Assembly (NCBI GenBank): GCA_030248215.1 | Contig: JASANG010003525.1 | Span: forward strand, 186,001-250,000 | Origin: Enoplolaimus lenunculus | Lineage: Eukaryota | Direction: 5' to 3' | DNA length: 64,000 nucleotides | Part shown: one piece after another, positions 13,848 through 40,300 of the stretch | Numbering within the stretch: position 1 is the first letter of the stretch | Layout of the letters: each line of letters opens with the position of its first letter | The notes under the pieces: model-generated | The model's database searches: none | Seen by the model: only the letters and a program-made list of their open reading frames with translations | Told to the model about the DNA's origin: nothing | Translations under genes and position numbers: made by a program

Positions 13848-14185
13848 CATATAATGCTGGCATAGCATTTAAGCTTTTTAAGTACCTATACAATCATATT
13901 TTTTGAAGCGATAGTAAAGTGTTTTGAGTTAATTTTCGGAGCGAGTAATAAACGATATTTATTTTGAACTTATCGAACAATGGGCGGTTTTCACGTACCT
14001 CACTCACGTCTTGGTTATGTGCAATTACCACTATTTAGTGGTCGGTGGCGATGTTGCATTGTGATTTGATGTATAGTTTTATGCAGCTTTGGGACGTCCA
14101 GATTTCTGGCGAGAGTAGGTTTAGGTTCGTGATTACATTTTTTGCTTAGGAACACATTTTTTCAAACATTGAATGGTTTTTTCGA

Positions 14186-15473
14186 AGGGAGCAACCGGAT
14201 TCCCAGTTGCGGTAGGTATTGGAAATTTTTTCTCATTCCAAAATTTAAGAAAAAAATTACGTGATATAACTTATTTTTCTAAAATTGTCACAGCGTGTAT
14301 AGCCAAAGTTTTCACTTCGGGTCACTTCATTATTTTATCATACATTTCCAGCTACTGGATTTGTTTCAAGTGGCATTATAAATGTTTCGTTTACAGCAGT
14401 AAAGCGATAAAATATCGTTAAAAATGAATTTTTGGTATTAACACAAATTTTTTGTTTTCCGGCATTTTTTAACTCCGTTTCCGGTATTTTATAATTCCGG
14501 TTGCACCTTGTAATTAGTCAATTTTAGCCAATATCTGCAATAAATTAAGTTTGGTTTTACGCTAATTTTCTGCGAAATTTCGGAAATCCAACTGTGACAA
14601 AAGTAGAACGAAACGCGTTAAAAATAAATTTAGCAACATTATGCAATTGCCTGAACCTCCGGCAAAAACTACCGGAAGCAGAGGCCGATTTCCTACCGGA
14701 GCCGGAGGCAGACCTCCGGTTGTACCTTGCTACCTAGAATTAATGACGTGAACCAGGACTACAGCACAGTACTTTGTTTGATCAATGGATGAATTTTAAT
14801 TTGAAGAGAATTATGGCTAGCAAACGTGAAGCCAGTTTCGGATTTTAATTCTACTGCAACAACTAAAATTTCTTATATATAACCGTGTTTTTGGCTCTTA
14901 GTGTGAGAATCGCTGCAGCCCCATTCTGCATAGGGTCCAGGGTAGAACCAGGTCGGGCTCCGGCAATACAATCGGTCTTAGGATCCGGTAGATTTTTTGC
15001 CGGAGGTTCCAGAAATTTATGTCGTTCACACCTTACCATACATGCACTCCGCACATCCATTGTCCCTCTATACTGTTTTAAAAAGGTTAGCTATACTGTT
15101 ATTGCGCAACTGTGTGCTGACACTGTATCTCTAAATAAAAAATGCCCGCATAGAGTTTATTGCATTGCAAGACATTTTATATGCAGTTTGCGCATTATGT
15201 TATAATTTAATATAGAGTTGCGCGAACTGTCAGACTTTATCGTTAGTTTAAAAGTTGTCGCGAAAGCGCTCGTTTCGTTTTACTTTTTTCACGAAAGAAT
15301 TTCCGAAATTTTGCAGAAAATTAGCGTAAAACCAAACAACTTAACAACATATTGCAGATATTGGCTAAAATTAATAATCATTTTTTACTAATTTCGCCTC
15401 ACCTCCGGTTCCGGCAAGTTTCGTTAACATCTGGCTCCGGCTCCTGTTATTTTTCACCTCTGGTTGCACCGTG
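14186..15473. mobile_element. Cluster of older CAGGGTGCAACC-family hAT MITEs
   Basis: Termini resembling CAGGGTGCAACCGG / CCGGTTGCACCCTG at ~14186, ~14490, ~14729, ~14938 and ~15473; 14500-14660 and 15230-15380 are inverted homologues. Confidence 0.55.
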
Positions 15474-16333
15474 GTAGGGTCCCTTGCAATAGAAGGGGTT
15501 TAAGGAAGCCGTTTCATAGTAAATTTATTTATATAAGTACAGTAATGATGGAACCAGGAGGGTTTCAGGTATGTCAACTGGACCCGTTTGGGATTAGAAA
15601 TTTAGTCAAGTATACTGGATCTGGCTTACATACTCCTAAAAATTTTGCCTGCGTCTGTATTTACATTACCCCTATGTTTCTGACATTTTGCGGTAATGAC
15701 TCCTGACCCGTTCTGAAATCTGAAACTCGCATACAAATAAAACATAAACCTAAACTAACATCATTTATGTTGACCAAGCAATAAATTTTTTCTTTTCAAA
15801 GTCCACGTTGATTGGTGAGAAAATCTGATATGATATAATCCGATTACCTTATTGCCTTTATTTGTCAAAAATGTCACAATATCTTTAGCTTTTCCTGTGA
15901 TAAGCAATCAGTATTCGGGTCGGCCGGCCAGTCAGTGGCCGGACGGCTGGTTCATGGCCGGTGCATAAAACACTTCTCAGTCCGTGCATAGTCCAGGGCT
16001 GGTCGCATTAGGCTAAGCTTTGCACTAGTTTTTTTCTTCGGTTTTACAGAATACTTTTTCGGTCGTAATTCATGGCTTATCACGAGAGTTTTTTTTAATT
16101 TTTATTCTGCTCACACTGCCCACAAGTCTGTAGTATATAGTAAATGAATCATTAGTGACCAATTGTTACTTGAAATTGGATTCAATTATATAATATATAT
16201 TTATATATATTCATAAGATGTTTCACAACTTTGGTGAATACAGCAATGAATCGAGTTTTAATAGATCAGTTTGCCGCAATACAGTGTATACAATCAGGTT
16301 ACAATTTAAGTACGAACTATCTGAGATAGGTAT

Positions 16334-16671
16334 CAGGGATGGCAGTCTCAATATTTGGCAAGTCTCGATTTTGTGAGTCGTTGGTTTGGAACCGAAAGTA
16401 GAAGTCGAGGATTCAGCATAATATGTTGGTAAGCGTCTTGTAAAAGTGCCTGACGTATAAAATTTTGCTGTGAATTTCTGAATTTTAATAGTTACGCAAT
16501 AATTATGATCAGATATTCTGAACAAACACATAAAACTATGGAAGAACACAAAAAAGTACGAAAAAAGCAACTTATTGAAAATTTTGAGTTCTTATTGTGA
16601 TGACCAAAAATTGACCGTGACGAAACATTTCATGGCCGGTCTCGGTTGTTAACCGAAACCGCCTATGCCTG
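16334..16671. mobile_element. hAT-type MITE (CCGAGA family)
   Basis: CAGGGATGGCAGTCTC...CCGCCTATGCCTG; internal sequence shared with other copies. Confidence 0.6.
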
Positions 16672-16726
16672 TTACGCATTGCATTATGTAGAGCGCTAAG
16701 TGCAATAAATTTTTCTGGCAAACAAA

Positions 16727-31392
<14,666 letters not shown>

Positions 31393-32365
31393 ATACACAC
31401 AACTCTAGAGTTTTAGGTTGAATTTCTGAAAAACATTGAAATTCGCTCAATTGCAAGTTTTAATTTTAACCTACAACACAGGGTAAAGCAGGAGGTCTGC
31501 CTTCGGCTCCGGCAGAAAATCGACCTCCAGCTCCGGTGGAATGTTTGCCGGAAGTTCCGGGAATTTCGGTGATGTCATTTTGCATACTTTTAAATTTACA
31601 TGTTTAGCGCATTTCGTGTTACTTTTGTCACAATTTTGAGGAAAGAATTTCCGAGATTTCACAAGAAAATAAGCGTAAAACTAAACACTTAGCAACATGT
31701 TGCAGATATTGGCTAAATTTAATTAATCATGATTTTGAGTACCTAATTTGACCTCACCTCCGGTGTGGCAGGCTGAATTTTTCCACCGGCCGAGTTTCCC
31801 GTCCCGGAAAATTCGGTCGACTTAATTTATTTCCCGGAAAATTCGGCCAGCTGAATTTTCATCCATGAAATTTAATAAATGTTGCTATCCACCAGAGTGC
31901 TATTTTCAGATACTTTGTGATGAGTGTTAGCCATGCTAAGTATCGATGTTTGCCTTTATCCCGCTGCCGTCTGACTTCTGACACCTGTTTCTCACGCTCA
32001 TATTTTTACGCAAACTCGCGACACCTGGATTTCAATATGATATATTTTCACAGACATGCGACATCTATTTCTCACGATGACAATTTGTCGCACATCTGCG
32101 ACATCTGTTCCGCACGATGATATTTTACGCCGCTGACATTTGACGTTGCTTCTCACGATGTATATTTTAATATTGTAAAAGCTTAGCAGCGTGGAAAAGA
32201 AGCCTACGTCAGGCTACACTGGAAAAAAGATAACTACGCTGTCGGAGACAGCGTTGTACTTTATAATTCTCGAAAAGCATCGCGCAAAGGCTGCAAAACG
32301 AACTGTTCTTGGCTGCGCTCTTAAATAATTGATGAAATTCTCCTCCCAAGACCGTGATTGCTTAC

Positions 32366-32995
32366 GAAATCCAAAATGTAATGTTGGACGATCCGCAAGA
32401 AATTGTTCGCGTTAAAGGTGATGGTGCTTGTTTTTTACGTTGTATTAGCTACTGGGCCCATGTTACTTTAAGGAACGTCCAGATTTCTGGTGATTCTAAA
32501 AAAGAGTAGGTTTAGATTCTAGATTACATTTTTTTGCTTAGCCTTCGGCTTAGGAACTCATTTTTGCAACGCTTAGGCTTAAGCTTAGGAATACGCTTAA
32601 TCTACTGTTACGCCCGTTAAAGTAACATTGGCCAGCCACTGTATCACTGGTGAGGAGTCAGGTCACAAAGAGTTCCGCGACTTCATTGTGCAATTTATAT
32701 CGACTGATTTAGAAGAACGTTTACAGTCATTTGCCGACTAAGATAATATCTATTGCAACATACTTAAACAATACCAATATGGATGATCCCAAGACCTGGA
32801 CAACAACAGAGCAAGAAACATTTGCAACTGCTTGATATTTTGTCAATCCCTATGTAATTGTTTGCTTCAAAAATGCTCCCAATGGTGAAAAAATAGGGAT
32901 ACGGTGCGAGCCCACAGCACTAGGTGGCTGCACTAAGTATGACAACGCAATTTACATTAACCATCGTAACAAGAATCGTTACGAAATTGTGAGCA
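32366..32995 (+). pseudogene. Decayed OTU cysteine-protease domain inside the Ginger1-like element
   Basis: Removing the MITE at 32455-32633 plus one TSD restores VKGDGACFLRCISYCITGEESGHKEFRDFIVQFI. Later YLNNTNMDDPKTW and IYINHRNKNRYEIV follow, with stops and frameshifts. Confidence 0.8.
32455..32633. mobile_element. GGCC-ended MITE (Merlin-like)
   Basis: TIRs GGCCCATGTTACTTTAA / TTAAAGTAACATTGGCC; TSD AGCTACTG/AGCCACTG; CTTAGG repeats. Confidence 0.8.
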
Positions 32996-34373
32996 TATCG
33001 TAAAATTTCAAACCGCTCCGCTGGAAGATGGTCGGGATGAACAGTGGTGAGATGCACGATGCGTGAAGCCCACGTCCCGCCTCCTGGAAACATACCATAT
33101 TAGTATGGCTAACACTCATCACAAAATATCTGAAAATAACACCCTTTATAGCAGCATCTATCAAATTCCATATGGAGAATCTTCAGCCGGCCGAATTTTC
33201 CGGAAGAAAAATCGGCCGATGGGAAATTTCAGTCTCCTACACCGGCTCCGAAAAGTTACGTTGACCTCCAGCTCCGATATTTCTCACCTCCGGTTACACC
33301 CTAATACTGTACTTACACTAACGATTCGGGTATTTTAGGTTAGCAGATATTTTCAACAGGTATCGAAATTTTTCAATTTTCCGGTTCACAAAACTGCCCC
33401 TTTTTTTACCTTGCAAATAAATACTAGACGTCATTGCTACTTTTAGGACTACAACTAATTACTCAAGGCTCAGGTACGACAGAGGTGTTTAATTTAGTTG
33501 CCATACTGATGCGCTAGAACTGTGGGCGACGGATAGAGTACAGCAAAAATTGTGAGTGTTCCTAATGTCACACGTGAATATTTAGATTTCTGTCTGCTGA
33601 ATCAAAATCGTCGCTTTTTGTTCAGTAACAAACTTACAAAGCTCACTAAACAACAGATGACGAAATAAATTTTACTTAACAAAAAATAATGGATGTGCTT
33701 CTGAAATCTTAAGTATTTACATAGGTTATACGTACTAAAATTAATTACGAAAGTAGCCGGCTTAAATACTCAAGTTTTTTAAGCAAAACAAATAAACGAC
33801 ATGAGTCGGCAATTTTAAATTTAACCAGGTTAATGTGCCTGAACTGTTAATATGCAAAATATTATCAAATTGAGCCAGTGACTTAAACTCTCGCTCGACT
33901 TAAGCATATTTATGAAAACAAATAAAATTACGAATGAATCACTTTGCACTTCAGAAACCCAGCCAATGAAAATGACCATGTTTTTGATGTCACCAAAACA
34001 GAAAAAATAACCAACAGAAAAGAACCAGGGTAAGGGTACTACATGCAGTGAAATACAACTACCTTCAATTTGCCCAAAATTATAATCCCTTCCAAATGTT
34101 AAAAATATTCGTCTGCGTCACTTTCTGAAGTTTTCAAATAAAATCAGGTATCAAAAATTGTACGGAAACAATATCACTAAATAATATGACTTAAAAATTT
34201 AGAACACTTATATGTAGTTCATGAACTATTTTGGATTGCTGGTCATGCTAATATTACGTATTTGAAATCCCGCCTAAATGAACATATTCTCAAGACATCC
34301 TCGAGATATTTTTTCAACTGCGCACGAAACAAAAACCAGGATTAACTGACCTACGTTGCTTATAACATAGTTA

Positions 34374-37300
34374 CTACACGGAAGCATTTTGCATACGATA
34401 CTCAACAATCAATTCATTAATTTTTTGAGCATTATGTTTGAACACTTTGTCCAGAAAATCAAGTCGTTTCACATCGTCAGGCGAACAAAATCCTAAGTTT
34501 CTAGAACAAAATTGTAGTCTCTTAGTTACAAATTAACGTTTTAAAATAGTTTAAAAGTAATTAGTTTTTGGCAAAAACAATTGAGGCATGCAATTGTTCA
34601 TCGGGCTGTATGAAATTTTAAAGCAAAATAGCGGATACATTGAAATGTTTTAACATTTAAAAGTAACGAAATTTCTGATTTCCACTACAAAAATTTTCAC
34701 GAGCTCCGAGAGGCATCAGCTACATTCAGATAATAAAGCCCAATTTAAATTCAGCATGCAACAGTTTTCCACAGCAGTTCTCAAAACAAAGAAAAAATCA
34801 TGGAATAAACCAACGTTTATTTTAGATTTCTACAAAACAGAATACGTGAAACTGATGTCAAGCACTGTTGATTTCCTCAATTTGATAAGATAAACAATAA
34901 AATCAGTCTACCTTAGTGTTAAAATAATGCCGCTACCGACAGCACCAAAACTGCTGACCTGCAAAACAACAACGAGCCAATGAGACAACAAAAATGTGAA
35001 ATATCAGCATGATAAAAAACTTATAATATTGACTCTGGTCGCGGCAGCGCGTTAATTTGCCGGAGCAAAGCGATAATTAAATCCAGTCCTTAGTGGACTC
35101 GATGGGCCTTGAAAAAACGGAATGCTAATCTTTGCGTTTTGGCCATGAAGAAATCTTAGGTCTTGCGTTCGGCCATATACAAACCTTAGGAATCATGTGC
35201 TTACCCGGTCACTTAATCCCCGGCATGAATAGTGGCTTTGAGGCAACCGTAATGGAAAAATAGAAGTCGTAACTGATATCTCATTGGTTGACGCTTATGT
35301 CAAAGACGTTATCATCACTGATTTTTTTATTTCATTAAAATTTTAATTTAACTTCGTAATTGTCGCAAAATACAAACAAAATTGTAAATATGAATATTTC
35401 CTCACTTAACGATAAACCTAACAATGTCCAAATTTCTAACAAATGCGTCGAAAGTCGCCTGTTTATTTAATCAAATTAGAAAGCCATCAAAATAATCGTG
35501 TTGCTCACCTCATTGCCAAATTGTTCCAAGTCTTCAGGAATCGAATACAACAACACTGCAATGTCATCACAGCGTGAATCAAGCCCATTGGCTTGCGAAT
35601 ATATAGTATCCGCACATGCTGTGATGGTTGCAGTTTGCGACTCTGCGGCAGAATTGCTGGTATTGTTTGCTGTGGAAGACGATGCGTTTTCAATACAACT
35701 ATGCGATTTAGCAAGTGTTGCCTGATGTAAAAATAATAAGTAAAACGTGCTCATAATGATATTCAAATAACTGAGACCCTCAGTCACACACAGGGATGGG
35801 CGGTCTCGGTTAAAAATCGAGACCGAGATCTGGCTAGCGTGACCGACCAAGAAAAGTCTCGGTCAATTTTTGGTCACACTGCAACAATACAGTCATACAT
35901 TTGCTGAATCTTCGACTTCTGCTCTCGGTTCCAAAACATCAAGATTCAAAAAACGAGACAGAGATCTGCTAAATACCGAGACTTACCGAGACCAAGACTC
36001 CATCCCTGGTCTCAAGCATAGTCCCGGTCGGAAATAAGTGCAATATGCGACTACAGTCGAAATCGTGATCGCTCGCATAATGCTAGACGTACATACGTAC
36101 AGTTAAGTAGTGAGTATATAAAATATAATGAAATGCGCAGATAATTAATACGTAGAGATTAGGCTCTTTCTGATTAGAGGAGAACATCGCAACCAGTTTG
36201 TCTACACTATTCCACCATTTACAACAAAATATTAGTCTAAACGGAAAACACACCATGTTTCAAACTCACTTTCATTGCTTTAATCATTCCAATTACACGA
36301 GTTGAAATATCGCGTTTTTCAGTAAATAAAACACTTTCTTCAGGCACTTCATCCACCATACTTAATTCATCTGTTGCCCACTAAAAAATTGAACCGACAC
36401 ATTTTAGACGCACAACAGAGTTCGACACCGTGTTTTATTTAACACAAATGCAAAAATGCACACTGTAAAGGTTGTAGCTGAGGCTGGCACTCTAAACATT
36501 TGCAAAGGCCCTGGATCTATAAACTTGTACCTGTAGGCTAACATAAGGAAAACATGGGCTTGACTCAAATACAAAATACGTATGTTTACTTTATTGGTAT
36601 CACACACGTATAAAGCAACGTGACGCAAAATATCACCGCCAAATAAGTTGCACGTAATTGTAATATGCTTGTTGTTTCACCTAAATCCGCCCAGTATTTA
36701 AAAAGACGAATAGATTAGACCTAACCTTTGTAAGTTCCAGTATAGCATCATTAATCAACTGTGATATTTCGTCTATTTTTTGGCAAACGGCTTGCATATT
36801 GTCTAAAACAGTAAGCAAAAATAACAATACATTAATAACATTTCAGTTTATCAGCAGCAATAATTATGGATTTTATAACAGACGAAAACATTCAATATCC
36901 CGTATTCGGTTCCGGCAAAAATCCAATATCCGTATCCGGTCATATCCGGTCGCACCCTGCTCGTGCCAAACACCGAGTCTCTTGTGCGATTTGCACAAGC
37001 CCGTTGTGGATTACCGAGGCCCTTGTTCCGTTTTACCGAGTCCTTATTTACAGTATATAATAACCTAATGCTTAATTTTTTAACAAAAATGTAAGCTGCT
37101 ACAGATGCGGCACTTTTATAGTGTCTAAAGGTGTTCAACTGATAAGCTGATCGCCCAATTTTACAACTCTACCTAAACATACATTGACTCAATTTATATA
37201 CCTTTCGGCAATGATTCGATAGAATCACAGACTTCCCAAATCGTACCAGTTGCCTGCAAGGCATGCTTCCCTCTATTAATAAATGAAATAGTGCATCCAT

Positions 37301-40300
37301 TGATAAAACTCAATATTGAAGGCAACGTCAAAAAGCTGCACCATCGAACTGACTTTATTGAATGATTGCTGACATTACTATGTTTTAATTATTAACGTTC
37401 AAATTTTAATTACCGCTCATTAAATTTAAAAGTTTAACAATATTCAGCAGTATTCTTAAGTTTCGATAAAAACAAAATGATTACGTACGTACTAGAATAT
37501 GCGTTTATTTGCATTAACTAATAGTTAAAACACGTCACGCCAACTTTGCACTTGTGATGCATACAAAACACCAACATACTGTTCGGGCCCAGATTTTAAC
37601 GCAATCACCAGCGACGTTAATCGTTTAACAACTGAGCATACGTGTTCTTGACAGCTTTGACGCAACACTTTACCTAAACAAACTAGACCCGATTGTAGAA
37701 ACGCTGCTTTATCGAAATAAAATTTCACCATATTCAACCATAAATCAGACCCACCGATTTGCGCAATAACATTAGCAAACATGAGAAAATAGTACTGTTA
37801 GCTGTCTTAGTATATAAATGATTTTCACCGTTACCGATGTAACATTACATTTTAATAAACGCTAAATGCTTCGCTCGTTGAACATCTAATATAACATCTC
37901 TGACTTCGATCATATGTGCAATACTATATCATTACTTTACTAAAAAATTATTACACATTTGAACTAGTCAGAACTGCTGTCACAATACAAATTTCGCTCG
38001 TAGACTCAATTCCAAAACAGCACTATAATTCGTAAAAACGACGCACATACCAAATTCGGGTTTCAACGTTGTCAGATGACTGTATAGAGCAAGGACTGGT
38101 GCACTTAGGCGTTCAATGACAGGTTTTACAACCTGAAAACCACCAAAACCCCTTGCATTACAACATCTTCTAGGGTTCCAGGATGATTAACAATTGCGTA
38201 GTTTCCAGTACGAGGATTTAACAAGCTGACAAATACTGTTGCATAATAGTGATAGCGATGCACATAAGTTGTGCAACCATATACATATATCGCAAATAAA
38301 AATACCAAACAGAAGACTCCAAACTTGAAACAATTCAGCTTACTGTGGCTGAGGGATATAAATCGGTTGTAAAAAGCAAACAAATGTTTGTTGACTCTTT
38401 CGAAATGTTTTTCAAAAGGATCTCTGAAAAGCATAATCATCTTTTTAATAAAAAGACCAAGTTTTAAACATAACGCAAACTACTGCATATGTTCAACGAA
38501 ACAAATGCTTGACACTGTTCTTGAGCATTACGTAAGCTGTTAAATAACGATAGTGACCAAGTATGGGCACAGCACTACTTACAAAGATAAAATTATAACA
38601 TATTAAAGCAAGAAGTACTAATTTAGCGTGATTAAATTTATCTTTTTGTTGAAGTGTGTACCTAAATATCCGGCTCCACAACAGCCCGAGACAAATATTA
38701 AATCATCCGGCTCCGGTATTTTTGTCACTGACAAAATAACTGTTTTGAAACAATATCCCGTTTGTAAATACCATTACCTTATAACCGAATGTAGACACAC
38801 AAAAAAGTGTATAATTCGTTGCACTAACCGTAATACTTCCAGAACGCTTCATTGTCAAACATGTCATTGCCACCAGGCGATACAGCAGTATTATCTAAAA
38901 TTTAAATGATATTAACGCAATAAACACATTATCTTCCAGTTACTTCAAAATATGAAATTAGCTGATTATTCATTTTTCGTATGACATAACACAAACCATA
39001 AAATTTGTGCTGGCTTCTCCACAGCGGGGGGCAGCACTTTTCGAAATTTTCATTTTCCCCCGGCGAAAATTTTGCCGTCTTCAGGAAAGGCCACCCGGCG
39101 AATTTTAGGCCGCCCCCAGCAAATTTTTTTGTTGGTGGGCCCCCCAGGACTTTTCTAGGCGAAAAATTTTCAATGTTAAAACGTAAAGACCTGGGCTTCT
39201 TTTGAGGCGGACATTCGGCAAAATATGATTTTATATTATGCTGAGTACTTATAATTTTTAATAGCGTTACAAATACCCGTAGTAACTAATACAATTCAAC
39301 CAGTCGTTGTGGGACTACATTTATTGAGCGAAGCTCAAACACACGTAAGCAATTAAGGTTATATGCAAATTAGTTATTAGCTAACTATTCATTTATCGGT
39401 TTTGGAGGTTTGTAAGCAATTTCCTCGGATTCCTCGCACCAAAAACCCCTCAGCCACCCTAATAATTATTGTAATAATTTAAAAAGTCCTAATTTTGTCT
39501 CGTCAATTAAGCAAATATGCAAATTATGTATTAGCTAACTATTCGACAATTGCTTTTAAATGTCTCTAGACAATTTATTCAGATTCCTCGCTCCCAAAAA
39601 CCCATTATTGTTGAAATTAGATTGCTTGTAACCCTAATAATTAGTGAAACATTGTAAAAACGCCTAATTTAGGCTTATCAATTATACTTATATGCAAATT
39701 ATCTATTAGCTAACTACTCAATTATCGGTTTTTCGGTTTTAGACGTTTGTAAACAATTTATTCAGATTCCTCGCACCAAAACCTTCAGTAAACCCTAATA
39801 CTTATTGAAATAATTTAAAAAGTCATAATTTTGTCTTGTCAATTAAGCTAAGATGCAAATTAGCTATTAGCTAACTATTCAATTATCGGTTTTGGAGGTT
39901 TGTAAACAATTTATTCTGATTCCTCGCACCCAAAAACCTTCAGTAAACCCTAATATTTATTGAAAAATTTCAAAAAGTCCTGGTTTTGTCTTGTCAATTA
40001 AGCTAATATGTAAATTAGCTATTAGCTACGTAACTATTCAATTATCGGTTTGGGATGCTTGTAAACAATTTATTCAAATTCCTCGCACCTAAAACCCCTT
40101 TATTGCTGAAATTATATTGCTTTTAACCTTAATAATTAGTGAAATATTGTAAGAAGTCCTAATTTAGGCTTACAAACTATGCTAATATGCAAATTATCCA
40201 TTAGCTAACAACTCAACTATCAGTTTTGGAGGTTTGTAAACAGTCCACGGAGATTTCTCGCACCCAAAAACCCTTTAATGCTAAAATTAGATTGCTTCTA

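Larger units (their letters stand above)
31764..33241 (+). mobile_element. Ginger1-like non-autonomous DNA transposon
   Basis: TGT...ACA ends; CCGG TSD (31760-31763, 33242-33245); imperfect ~150-190-bp TIRs (31764-31950 vs 33088-33241); internal OTU remnant. Confidence 0.8.
31479..33303. mobile_element. CAGGGT-family hAT MITE split by the Ginger1-like insertion
   Basis: CAGGGTAAAGCAGGAG...CTCCGGTTACACCCTA; the two halves rejoin to resemble the copy at ~14938-15473. Confidence 0.65.
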
